Origin: Candidatus Obscuribacteraceae bacterium
GTDB taxonomy: Bacteria > Cyanobacteriota > Vampirovibrionia > Obscuribacterales > Obscuribacteraceae
DNA length: 64,000 nucleotides
NCBI GenBank assembly: GCA_044229845.1
Contig: JBGASG010000001.1
Span: forward strand, 608,001 to 672,000
Reading direction: 5' to 3'
Part shown: positions 9,456 through 18,857 of the stretch, in pieces
How positions within the stretch are numbered: position 1 is the stretch's first letter
Layout of the letters: every line of letters starts with the position of its first letter
Program-made: the position numbers and the translations under genes
Notes under the pieces: generated by a model
Databases searched by the model: none
What the model was told of the DNA's origin: nothing
The model's input: only the letters and a program-made list of their open reading frames with translations

Positions 9456-10919
9456 CTAGTTTTTGACCAGGCTGCCGTTGTTTGATACTACGCGTGGTGC
9501 TTGTTTGCGCAGTACTTCGATGGCGCGCTTGAGTTGCACATCTTTGCCGTCTTCCGGCGTGCGCTTCTCTTTCGGACCGCCCGGATCGTTCCACCAGGGA
9601 CCTTTGCCGGCTTCGTAGTCTTGCTCGGTAAGCTCGACTACGACATCAGGCGTGATGCCTTTCTTATTGATATCGGTGTCGCTCGGCGTCAGGTATTTGG
9701 CGATGGTGACGTTGACGCCGGAGCCATCTTCCAGTTTTGTGATGCCTTGCACGAGTCCCTTGCCGAAGCTGCGCTGTCCTACCAGCGTGGCCCGTCCATT
9801 GTCCTTCAAAGCACCGGAGGCGATTTCAGAAGCACTGGCACTGCCTTTGTTGATCAGGACGACCATCGGCTGTTCCGACAGTGGATGACCGTCGGACTTG
9901 GCTGAGGTCTTGTAACCGTCGCGGTCGACCGTGAAAACGATGTCGCGCTGAGGCGCCAGGAACATATTGGAGATCTCGATGGCGTTGGTGAGCAGTCCGC
10001 CCGGGTTGTCGCGCAGGTCGAGAATGATGCCCTTGGTGCCGGACAGATCCGTAAGTGCCTTCTTCATCTCTTCATTGGCTTGAGATGAAATGAAGCTGGT
10101 CAACCGAATGTAGCCGATGTCGCCGTCGACAACTTTGGCTGTCTGGATGGCGCTGATGTGAATCTCATCGCGGACCAGTTTGACCTTGATTCTCTCGGCG
10201 GGCTTTTCCGGAGCCTTGGCAGTTTTGTCTGTTTTGTCGGTGCTCTTCTCGCTGGTCTTCTCAGTCTTGTCCGGAGCGTTAGCTCCGCCGCGAACCAGAG
10301 TCAGTTCAACCGGAGAGCCTTTCGGTCCTTTAATTTGTTTGGCGGCATCCTCGACCGACAGACCTTTGGTTGGTTTGCCGTCGATTTCAGCGATCTCGTC
10401 GCCGGGGAGGAGCCCGGCACGAGAGGCGGGAGTACCGTCAATCGGTGCAATGACAATGACGCGCTGGCTCTTGTCCATGCCAATCTGGATGCCGACTCCG
10501 AAGAGTTGAGCATTGATTTGCGCCTTTTCGTCGTCGAACGCGTCCTTGTCCAGGAAGCGCGTGTAGCGGTCGCCGAGGCTGGCGAGCATGGTTTCGATGG
10601 CCTTGTGGGCATCGTCTTGGGTCTTTAACTTGCCTGCGTAGCGGTCTTTCCAGCGATTCCAGTTTTGACCGTGAAAGTCAGGTTCGTAGTAATCGGTGCG
10701 GATGATTTCCCAGACCTTCAGGTAGAGCCTTTCGGGAGAAACTGCCGACGGCCCGCCGAAGGGCGCGCGTTGGGCAATTTTGGTGCCGGGACCGATAGTG
10801 ATGGCTTCTGGCGACGCCGCCACAAAGCCGAACTCAGGGATGACATTGGTGCCGCCAAGCGTCGCGCAGAGGGCGACCGGGACAGCTAGAAAGAATTTCC
10901 ACCATGCATTTTTGGACAT
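9456..10919 (-). CDS. ctpA: Carboxyl-terminal processing protease, S41A family (PDZ + peptidase)
   Basis: LGDRYTRFL, GVGIQI PDZ, DLRDNPGG, SASASEI (Ser) and FGKGLVQ (Lys); N-terminal signal/TM. Start taken at MSKNAWW. Confidence 0.95.
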   Translation of the reverse strand: MSKNAWWKFFLAVPVALCATLGGTNVIPEFGFVAASPEAITIGPGTKIAQRAPFGGPSAVSPERLYLKVWEIIRTDYYEPDFHGQNWNRWKDRYAGKLKTQDDAHKAIETMLASLGDRYTRFLDKDAFDDEKAQINAQLFGVGIQIGMDKSQRVIVIAPIDGTPASRAGLLPGDEIAEIDGKPTKGLSVEDAAKQIKGPKGSPVELTLVRGGANAPDKTEKTSEKSTDKTDKTAKAPEKPAERIKVKLVRDEIHISAIQTAKVVDGDIGYIRLTSFISSQANEEMKKALTDLSGTKGIILDLRDNPGGLLTNAIEISNMFLAPQRDIVFTVDRDGYKTSAKSDGHPLSEQPMVVLINKGSASASEIASGALKDNGRATLVGQRSFGKGLVQGITKLEDGSGVNVTIAKYLTPSDTDINKKGITPDVVVELTEQDYEAGKGPWWNDPGGPKEKRTPEDGKDVQLKRAIEVLRKQAPRVVSNNGSLVKN

Positions 10920-11184
10920 TTTTATCGAGCTTCCTGTTCGTAAAAACAAAGCAGAGCCGCGCTTTCGCGTGTTTAGCTCTTACAGCCATAATAACAACGG
11001 TATGAAAACCGCGCTTATCTCGCGTAGTGCGTACATCCTTTGTACCCATAACCCGTAATAATTAGACACTTTCGGGGTTTTGAGCAGTAACGTCCGCTAC
11101 CTCCTATAAAATAATGGTCCCGTTTTCGGCTCGATCGTGACAGCGGGTTTTTACTAAAGCCGGTTCCGTAAAAGGAGAAATTCA

Positions 11185-11994
11185 GTGGCGACTACAGGCA
11201 AGGAAGCTCTAATAGGCATTTTCGGCGGTTCAGGCTTTTACAAGCTGATCGAAGATGCCGAGACCAGATGGGTGGAGACGCCCTATGGAATGCCCAGTGA
11301 CAAAGTCGTGCTCGGCGAACTGGGTGGCAAGCGCGTCGCTTTCCTGCCGCGCCACGGCTCAGACCACCGGTATCCGCCGCACATGATCAACTACCGGGCG
11401 AACGTCTGGGCGATGAAATCCCTGGGTTGCGAGCGCGTCATTTTGCCGTGCGCTGCCGGCAGCCTGCAGAAGAACGTCAAACCCGGCGAATTTGTGGTTT
11501 GCGATCAATATGTAGATCGCACCGCCTCTCGCCCCCACACCTTTTATGACGGACCGGTAAGCACCCACGTCTCAGCTGCCGAGCCCTACTGCCCGGAGAT
11601 GCGGGAAGCGGCCATCAAGGCCGGCGAAGCAGCCGGCATCACCACACACAAAACCGGAACCGTTGTCGTCATAGAGGGACCACGTTTCAGCAGCAAATCG
11701 GAATCGCGCTGGTTTACTTCGATGGGCTGGGAAGTGATCAATATGACCCAGTACCCCGAGGTGCATCTGGTTAAAGAATTGGAGATGTGTCCGGTCAACA
11801 TTTCGCTGATCACTGATTACGATTCTGGATTGGTTGGGGATGTCGATCCGGTCTCGCACGCAGAAGTTGTCAAAGTGTTTACCGACAATCTTGCCAAATT
11901 GCAGAAGATGCTCGTCAAGTTGTTGGAGTTGGTGCCGGAGAAGCGCACCAAATGCACATGCGGAGAGGCTCTGGCTGGAGCCCGTTTCACTTAA
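11185..11994 (+). CDS. mtnP: S-methyl-5'-thioadenosine phosphorylase
   Basis: IGIFGGSG, TPYG, FLPRHG..H..PPH.INYRAN, EGPRFS, INMT and TDYD; RBS AAGGAG. Confidence 0.95.
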   Translation: MATTGKEALIGIFGGSGFYKLIEDAETRWVETPYGMPSDKVVLGELGGKRVAFLPRHGSDHRYPPHMINYRANVWAMKSLGCERVILPCAAGSLQKNVKPGEFVVCDQYVDRTASRPHTFYDGPVSTHVSAAEPYCPEMREAAIKAGEAAGITTHKTGTVVVIEGPRFSSKSESRWFTSMGWEVINMTQYPEVHLVKELEMCPVNISLITDYDSGLVGDVDPVSHAEVVKVFTDNLAKLQKMLVKLLELVPEKRTKCTCGEALAGARFT

Positions 11995-12020
11995 AGCAAG
12001 CAAGTAGGTACGGCTGACTT

Positions 12021-12209
12021 ATGCAAATCAACACCAACCACGTTGTCTTTGTTCTGGCAATTCTGTTGGCGTTGAGTGTGTTTGTGCTTATGACTAAGTA
12101 TGGCATCCCCAGCAAGATTGCCTGGGGCAGTGCTATTCTGTGCATTCTGGTAGTTTCGATATTCTGGACAGCCGTCACGATCAACCTGGACGATGACGAC
12201 GAGGATTGA
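12021..12209 (+). CDS. Small membrane protein (two TM helices, acidic tail)
   Basis: 62 aa, two hydrophobic stretches, ends DDDDED; fills the gap between mtnP and the M16 gene. Confidence 0.7.
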   Translation: MQINTNHVVFVLAILLALSVFVLMTKYGIPSKIAWGSAILCILVVSIFWTAVTINLDDDDED

Positions 12210-12223
12210 AGGGCGGAGAGAGC

Positions 12224-13630
12224 ATGATGAACAAAAAGGGTCTGGTCAATCTGATTCTGGCGGCAACTTTCTTGCTGAGCAGTACCACCGGTGGTGCGCT
12301 GGCTCAACAGCTGCCCAAACCTCTGATTCCCGTCACTAAGGATTTCACGCTGCCCAATGGGCTGCGCGTCTTGCTTTCAGAAGATCACACCGTACCGGTT
12401 ACCTCGACTGTGCTCGTGTATGATGTCGGGTCGCAAAACGAGAAGAAAGGGCGTTCCGGATTTGCTCACTTATTTGAGCACATGATGTTTGAAGGATCAG
12501 AGAACGTCGGCAAGACTGAGCATTTCAAGTTTATTGAAAGCGCCGGCGGTTCAACCAATGCCTCCACGCATCCGGACTTTACCGACTATTACGACAAGGT
12601 GCCTTCCAACCAGGCTGAGCTGACGCTCTGGCTGGAGTCTGATCGCCTGCGGTCGCTCAAAGTCACGCCTGAAAACTTCAAAAACCAACTCGAGACAGTC
12701 AAAGAAGAAAAGCGTTCGCGCATCGACAACAAGCCGTACACGCCATCCATGCTCAAGCTGGATGAGATGATATATGACAACTGGAATAACGCGCACCCGA
12801 CGATCGGTTCCTTTGAAGATCTGGAATCTTCTTCAATCGAAGATGTGCGCAGTTTCTTCAAAACGTACTACGCGCCCAACAATGCGATTATTGCCATCGT
12901 CGGCGACTTCAACGCAGACGACATGCAAAAGAAAATCGAGAAGTACTTCTCGGATATCCCGCGTCAGCCAGAGCCGCCAAAGCCAGATCTTGCAGAGCCT
13001 GAACAAAAAGAGGCGAAGTATCTGAAGATGGAGGACAAGCACGCCAAGTCGCCTGCGTTCATGATGGGCTGGAAGGCACCGGCTCGCCGTGACCCGGATT
13101 ACTATCCGCTGGTGATGGTGGAGAAGATCCTTTCGGCCGGTGACTCCTCGCGCTTCTATCAACAGCTGGTTAAAGGCTCGCAGGTGGCGCTGGTTGCTAA
13201 TGCCGGAATTGATGAGCGGCGTGGACCCGGTGGATTCCAGGCGATCGTCATGTACAAGCCCGGCAATCAGGCGGAGAAAGTCCGCGAACTGGTGTGGGCT
13301 GAACTGGAGAAACTGCAAAAAGAACCGCCCAGCCAGCAAGAACTGGAAAAGGCTCGCAATCAGGTGTTGCGCGGATTCTTCGGATCCGGCTACAGCAGCT
13401 TGCAACGCAGTCTGGGGCGCGCTCAGCTCTTAGCCCAGTATGGACTCTTCTATGGCGATCCGAAAAAGCTCGACGAAGACCTGGATGCGGTGATGAAAGT
13501 GACGCCGCAAGATGTGCAGCGCGTGGCCAAGAAGGTGCTCACTCGGCAAGGTGTGAGTGTGATCGATATTGAACCGGTGACCGAGCCGACCAAAGAAAGC
13601 AAAGACACCAAAGACAGTGCCGGCAAGTAG
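12224..13630 (+). CDS. Secreted M16B zinc peptidase, catalytic subunit
   Basis: Signal peptide (..ALA-QQ), LPNGL, GFAHLFEHMMF (HxxEH) and VKEEKR. Confidence 0.95.
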   Translation: MMNKKGLVNLILAATFLLSSTTGGALAQQLPKPLIPVTKDFTLPNGLRVLLSEDHTVPVTSTVLVYDVGSQNEKKGRSGFAHLFEHMMFEGSENVGKTEHFKFIESAGGSTNASTHPDFTDYYDKVPSNQAELTLWLESDRLRSLKVTPENFKNQLETVKEEKRSRIDNKPYTPSMLKLDEMIYDNWNNAHPTIGSFEDLESSSIEDVRSFFKTYYAPNNAIIAIVGDFNADDMQKKIEKYFSDIPRQPEPPKPDLAEPEQKEAKYLKMEDKHAKSPAFMMGWKAPARRDPDYYPLVMVEKILSAGDSSRFYQQLVKGSQVALVANAGIDERRGPGGFQAIVMYKPGNQAEKVRELVWAELEKLQKEPPSQQELEKARNQVLRGFFGSGYSSLQRSLGRAQLLAQYGLFYGDPKKLDEDLDAVMKVTPQDVQRVAKKVLTRQGVSVIDIEPVTEPTKESKDTKDSAGK

Positions 13631-13636
13631 GGAGAC

Positions 13637-15187
13637 GTGGCAATTATGAACTGCATCAGCAATGGTAAACGCGTATTCCCCAATCTTCTGCTAGTAGCAT
13701 TGGGTGCGTTGAGTGCGAGCTTTGCGCTTGCGCTCAGTCCGGCCGCATTAGCCGATGAGGCTGCTGCTCCTGCCGCGGCTGCCGGTGAGGCGACGGCTAA
13801 AAAGAGTTCACCGCCTGCGGTGCCTGAACCACGGGACTTCAAGATGCCGGCGGTGGAAGAGTATCAACTTCCCAACGGGATGAATGTGCAGCTGGTGCCC
13901 GACCGTCGCACTCCGTTCGTGACTTTCGGCATGGGCATCAAGTCGGGTGCTGCGCTGGAGCCTCGCGAAAAGCGCGGACTGGCTGACGTCACGGCCGGCA
14001 TGATTTCGGAAGGCACCAAGACGCGCACCAGTAAGCAGATCGCCGAGGAAGTAGATTTCATCGGTGGTGGCTTGAGTGCCGGTTCTGATGCGGACTTCAC
14101 GCTGGTTTCCGGCTCCAGCCTGTCGCAATACAAAGACCGTCTGTTTGCCGTGCTTGCCGACGTCGTGCTCAATCCGATTTTTCCGGAAGATGAGCTGAAG
14201 CTGCAGAAAACCAATATTACGCAGAGCATCATCAACCGCCGCAGCGATCCGGGATTCCTCGGCGATGAGCGCTTCGCCAAGGTGGTTTATGGCGAGCATC
14301 CCTACTCGGTGTCTCTGCCGACGGCCGAAAACATCGCGGCGATTCAGAGAGAAGACGTGGTCAACTGGCACAAGCAACATTTTCTGCCGAACGAAAGTTA
14401 CCTGGTTGTGGTTGGTGACTTCAAGGTGCCTGAGATGAAGGCGCTGATCGACAAGGCTTTTGAGAGTTGGAAGCCTGGTAAGTTGAATGAGTTGGCAGAA
14501 GGCCAGTTGCCTAAGTTGACCGGGCAGCGCATCTATCTGGTGGATCGTCCCGGTTCTGTGCAATCCACTATTAAGGTTGGCAATCTCGGAATCAAGCGCA
14601 CTGACCCTGACTATTTCCCTGTGCTGGTGGCGAACCAGATTCTAGGTGGTGGGGGCAATGCGCGTTTGTTTCTCAACCTGCGTGAACAAAAAGGTTATAC
14701 CTACGGAGCGTACAGCCACTTCAGCCCGCATCGCGATGCCGGCTCGTTTGCTGCCGAAGCAGATGTGCGCAGCGAAGTCACCGGACCGGCTCTAAAAGAG
14801 TTGCTGGCTGAACTTGGCAAAATGCGCGACGGCGAGGTGTCGGATAAAGAGCTGCGTGAGTCTAAGAACTATATAGTCGGCTCGTACCAGCTCGGTCTGG
14901 AGACTCAGGGCAGCATTGCTCAACGGCTCTTAGACGCCAAGCTGTTCGGATTGCCCAAAGATTATTTGGAAAAATACTCGCAAAACGTGATGGCGGTGAC
15001 CGCTGCCGACGTGCACCGGGTTGCTCGCAGCCACATGGACCTCGACAACATCACCATCACGGTGGTCGGTGATGCCGCCAAGGTGAGGAACGACCTGACG
15101 CCGTTTGGACCGATCGAGCTGTATGACATCCAGGGTAAGGTCGTGACTACCCCGTCACAGGACAAGCGTGGCGACGCTGGCGGATAA
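13637..15187 (+). CDS. Secreted M16B peptidase, non-catalytic partner subunit
   Basis: M16 fold motifs (LPNGM, ILGGG..RLF.NLRE.KGYTYG) without HxxEH; follows the catalytic subunit. Alternative start at 13646. Confidence 0.93.
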   Translation: MAIMNCISNGKRVFPNLLLVALGALSASFALALSPAALADEAAAPAAAAGEATAKKSSPPAVPEPRDFKMPAVEEYQLPNGMNVQLVPDRRTPFVTFGMGIKSGAALEPREKRGLADVTAGMISEGTKTRTSKQIAEEVDFIGGGLSAGSDADFTLVSGSSLSQYKDRLFAVLADVVLNPIFPEDELKLQKTNITQSIINRRSDPGFLGDERFAKVVYGEHPYSVSLPTAENIAAIQREDVVNWHKQHFLPNESYLVVVGDFKVPEMKALIDKAFESWKPGKLNELAEGQLPKLTGQRIYLVDRPGSVQSTIKVGNLGIKRTDPDYFPVLVANQILGGGGNARLFLNLREQKGYTYGAYSHFSPHRDAGSFAAEADVRSEVTGPALKELLAELGKMRDGEVSDKELRESKNYIVGSYQLGLETQGSIAQRLLDAKLFGLPKDYLEKYSQNVMAVTAADVHRVARSHMDLDNITITVVGDAAKVRNDLTPFGPIELYDIQGKVVTTPSQDKRGDAGG

Positions 15188-15290
15188 AGTGATCATTTTC
15201 GAGTTTTTCGAGTCCGGGGCTTGAGTTTTTTCGCCTCTGGGTAGCTTAATTAATAGGCCACACGGCGGTCGGCGCTGAGAAGAAAACTCG

Positions 15291-16139
15291 ATGTTCACAG
15301 TCTTTGAAGGTCAAATCACTTACGCAGGCAATCTTTCCGAAGCATTGCGCATGATCCTGCATTGCAAGCAGATCAAGGAAGGTGTGCTGCGCATCACATC
15401 CGATTCTGCCACCGGTATGATCGGCGTTTTTCTTGGACGCTACATCACCGGTGCCGTCACTATCATTGATGGCGATGTGCGCACCGACGCCATCAGTCGC
15501 CTGTTATTCGTCAAGGACGGCACCTTTGCATTTCTCGATGCGGTCGATGAACCCTTGCAGGAATTGAAGCAAGGACTGGCCATCGAGTTGGAAGCCGTCA
15601 TCGATGCTCTGGAAGAAACTTCAGGAGATCTGCCGCTTTCGCCGGATTCGCTGATTACCATGGGCGGTGCCTCGTCGGATACGATGCGCGTCATCGACAC
15701 GGAAGTGGAAGTACAGGGCGAGCCGCCGGAGGCGCAAATGCGTCGCGCGCGTGCCACCTATCAGCGCCTGGTCACAGTTTCAGAGAAAGAACGCCAGGAG
15801 CGGGAAGAACGTGAACGCGCCAACCCGGTGGAATCGGATCAGCCCAAGTCGACCTTCTATGTTACTGACTACGGTCGCGATCATATTCAAAGTCTTCTGG
15901 AAATGAAGAGCATGGCGACGCAAGAAAAACTGATCAACACGTTGCCGACCCGGCAAGAACGCATTGCCAGGGAAGACTTCGATGCACGTCCGCCGGCTCC
16001 GCCTTCGCACAAGCGCCAGCAATACAAGCGTCTGGCCAAGTGGCAAGAAGATGCGCGCATCCTGACCATTATCTTCTGGGGCGTTTTCCTGCTGATCGTT
16101 GCCGGTGCCATGTGGTGGTACCGCGACAAGTTGTTCTAG
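15291..16139 (+). CDS. DUF4388 (PatA-N-like) domain protein with C-terminal TM anchor
   Basis: N-terminal GNLSEALRMI..KEGVLRI..GMIGVFLGRYITGA..GTFAF pattern; hydrophobic C-terminal helix. Confidence 0.65.
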   Translation: MFTVFEGQITYAGNLSEALRMILHCKQIKEGVLRITSDSATGMIGVFLGRYITGAVTIIDGDVRTDAISRLLFVKDGTFAFLDAVDEPLQELKQGLAIELEAVIDALEETSGDLPLSPDSLITMGGASSDTMRVIDTEVEVQGEPPEAQMRRARATYQRLVTVSEKERQEREERERANPVESDQPKSTFYVTDYGRDHIQSLLEMKSMATQEKLINTLPTRQERIAREDFDARPPAPPSHKRQQYKRLAKWQEDARILTIIFWGVFLLIVAGAMWWYRDKLF

Positions 16140-16160
16140 ATTTGATCTGAGAGTCTGCGT

Positions 16161-16625
16161 TTATTCTGCCGCGTAATACGGCTTGGCGCCGAATTGCGTC
16201 ATCAGCTGATCGTCGAGTACGTCGGCGCAGGCTGAGACGTTCCAGATCATGTCGTTGAGCTCTTCCTGATCAAGTCCAAGAATGGGACGCTGCGCACTTA
16301 CCAGCACCACTTCTTCGTAGGAGGCGATGCAGCAAACCGAAAGGTCTCGATTGATCTCCAGAAGCGTACGGAAGAAACGTTCGTTGTGTTCCGGCGGGAA
16401 GTGGCAGACGGGCGCATTTACACGAATGACGTGTCCGCGTTCTTCTTCCTGCAGGAAGATATACACTTTGGCGCTGCCTTCCATGATCCACCAGCCGTAG
16501 CCGTCGCACTCCGGCAGCTGGTGATCGTCTATTTCGAATCCCCGCCGTTTGTAATAAGACGCGATCATTTTGTAGGTTTCGTCGACCGAAACTCGTTTGG
16601 CTTGTTTGGTGCCGAAAATTCCCAT
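16161..16625 (-). CDS. YbjN / CesT-like chaperone-fold protein
   Basis: 154 aa, acidic; GWWIMEGSAKVYI, FFRTLLEIN and C-terminal ADVLDDQLMTQFG. Confidence 0.75.
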   Translation of the reverse strand: MGIFGTKQAKRVSVDETYKMIASYYKRRGFEIDDHQLPECDGYGWWIMEGSAKVYIFLQEEERGHVIRVNAPVCHFPPEHNERFFRTLLEINRDLSVCCIASYEEVVLVSAQRPILGLDQEELNDMIWNVSACADVLDDQLMTQFGAKPYYAAE

Positions 16626-16646
16626 ACCTTTCTGAATGCTCTCCTG

Positions 16647-18200
16647 TTAGACAGGGTAGACGCCGTGTTTCTTCTTGAACGAAGTTACTTCCTTGCCGGC
16701 ATAGGCATTGAAGCGATTGATCAGTTCTTGCCGCAGGCTGCTACCAGATACGATACCATCGATAACCAGCTCGGAAGCCAGTCTGTAGATATCCACGTCT
16801 TGCTTGTATTCGGTGCGTTTTTGTTCTACGAAAGCGGCGCGTTCCGACTCCGGAAGCTCCATGATCTTGTTGTAGAACACGGCATTGACTGCTGCTTCGG
16901 GACCCATGACGGCGATGCACGCGCTCGGCAGAGCCAGGCACGCATCAGGTTCGAAAGCCGGTCCGCACATGGCATAAAGCCCGGCGCCGTAAGCCTTGCG
17001 CAGCACTACCGAGATCTTCGGCACATCGGCTCCCGACATGGCGGAGATCATTTTGGCGCCGGAGCGGATGATGCCGGCGCGTTCCACTTTGGTGCCGATC
17101 ATGAAACCTGGAACATCGGCCAGAAACAGAAGCGGAATGTTGAAGGCATCACAAAGCCACATAAAACGCGCGCCTTTATCGGCTGAGTCGACGAAGAGAA
17201 CGCCGCCTTTGACTTTTGGTTGATTGGCGAGAATGCCTACCGCTCGTCCGCCGATTCGGGCAAAACCGGTAACTAACTCGGCTGCGAACAGTTTCTTGAT
17301 TTCAAAGAACGAACCGGCATCAACGATGCGATCGATGACCTGGCAGACATCGAAAGGTACATTTTCCTGTGCCGGAATCAGCTCTTCGATAGACTTCTCG
17401 TGCGCCACCGGTTCGACGCTGGGCAACATGGGCGGTTGTTGCTCGCAGTTGGGCGGCATGAAACGCAGGTAGTCCTTGCAGAGCCTGATTGCCTCTTCTT
17501 CGGACCTGACGAGAATGTCGCCGCAGCCGCTGACTGAGCAGTGCATTTTGGCGCCGCCCATTTCTTCCAGGGTGACTTTCTCGCCGATAACCATTTCAGC
17601 CATGCGCGGTGAGCCGAGATACATGGAGGCGCGGCCTTCGTTCATGATCACGATGTCGCAGAATGCTGGAATGTAGGCGCCACCGGCGGCTGACGGTCCG
17701 AACAGCAGGCAGACCTGCGGGATATAACCGGACAGTTGTACCTGGTTGTAGAAGATTTTGCCGGCGCCGCGACGTCCCGGAAACATCTCGATTTGATCGG
17801 TGATGCGGGCGCCTGCCGAGTCGACCAGATAGAGCATAGGAACGCGCAGCTTGGCGGCGGTTTCTTGAATGCGAATAATCTTCTCGACTGTGCGCCAACC
17901 CCAGGAGCCGGCTTTGACCGTCGAGTCATTAGCCATGAAACAGACTGTGCGCCCTTCGATTTGACCGACGCCGGTGACCACTCCGTCAGCAGGCAGTTCT
18001 TTGTCAAGGCAGTTGGCAAACTGGGCATCTTCGATTTCAAAGCCAGGATCGAGCAAAAGCCGTAATCTCTCGCGCACGAAGAGCTTCTCTTCCTGCTTGA
18101 GTTTTTCGTGGTACTTGGGAGCGCCGCCCTGTTTTATAGTGTCTGAGCGCCTTTTGAGGTCGGCTGTGCGTTCGTCTTTCGGCTTCAATTCAGTTGCCAT
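16647..18200 (-). CDS. Acyl-CoA carboxylase, carboxyltransferase (beta) subunit
   Basis: VRERLRLLLD, ADGVVTG, DSAGAR, AGGAY, DVPGFMIG, RKAYGAG, VMGPEAAV and KKHGVYPV. Confidence 0.95.
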   Translation of the reverse strand: MATELKPKDERTADLKRRSDTIKQGGAPKYHEKLKQEEKLFVRERLRLLLDPGFEIEDAQFANCLDKELPADGVVTGVGQIEGRTVCFMANDSTVKAGSWGWRTVEKIIRIQETAAKLRVPMLYLVDSAGARITDQIEMFPGRRGAGKIFYNQVQLSGYIPQVCLLFGPSAAGGAYIPAFCDIVIMNEGRASMYLGSPRMAEMVIGEKVTLEEMGGAKMHCSVSGCGDILVRSEEEAIRLCKDYLRFMPPNCEQQPPMLPSVEPVAHEKSIEELIPAQENVPFDVCQVIDRIVDAGSFFEIKKLFAAELVTGFARIGGRAVGILANQPKVKGGVLFVDSADKGARFMWLCDAFNIPLLFLADVPGFMIGTKVERAGIIRSGAKMISAMSGADVPKISVVLRKAYGAGLYAMCGPAFEPDACLALPSACIAVMGPEAAVNAVFYNKIMELPESERAAFVEQKRTEYKQDVDIYRLASELVIDGIVSGSSLRQELINRFNAYAGKEVTSFKKKHGVYPV

Positions 18201-18500
18201 CTCCGTTTCCTTCTACCTTATGAACCGGCAAAGACCAAATTTTACCTGCCCGGATGAGCAGAGGCGGTCATCTTAACCATTTCATATGGCTAATTTGCCC
18301 AGAGGCTCAGCAATGGGGGCTGCCAGTGGGCGCGCTATCGCGGGAACCGGCAGCTTTCGATTTACGTCTTTGCAAGCGTCGCGTTGCAGGTAAAACAAAC
18401 TTCTCGATACAAGTGGCACCAATGGCGGTATCATTGCCTTAACCCTTCGTGTGCACAGATTGCCTTATCTCGCAAGCAAATTCCATCGCTGGATAAACAA

Positions 18501-18770
18501 ATGAATCAAGAGCATGACAGTCAACTGGTATCGACGAGCACCCAGTGCGCAGCCTTGCTGGGGGGTGCTGAGGGCAGCGATGAGCAGCGTTATCTGCGCT
18601 GGTGGGAGAAACGGTGCGGCGGAGTTGATGAACCGAGCAGCTTTTTTGAATTGCTCTACAACGAAACGGAAATTATTGTCAATGCTGCCCGGTACGTCGT
18701 CGACGGCCGGGAGTGGACTCCGGAATACGAAATAGACGAGCGATATGCCTGCAAGCGGCTAGGCGCCTGA
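18501..18770 (+). CDS. Hypothetical protein (~89 aa)
   Basis: ATG-started ORF in an otherwise unoccupied interval; no recognisable motif. Confidence 0.45.
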   Translation: MNQEHDSQLVSTSTQCAALLGGAEGSDEQRYLRWWEKRCGGVDEPSSFFELLYNETEIIVNAARYVVDGREWTPEYEIDERYACKRLGA

Positions 18771-18857
18771 CTCTTTCAATGTGTAAACCGAGCGACTGCG
18801 GTATGCTTGTTCCGTAGTTTGCGCATTGACGTCTATACATGATATTGATTCAGCCAC

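Noticed and set aside
11087..11100. GTA-N8-TAC (NtcA-like box) upstream of mtnP
   Set aside because: Only six informative bases, wrong spacing to the nearby -10-like hexamer, and the same pattern occurs inside a CDS (23687-23700).
13637..15187. M16 gene lacking HxxEH as a pseudogene
   Set aside because: A catalytic plus non-catalytic M16B heterodimer pair is a well-known arrangement.
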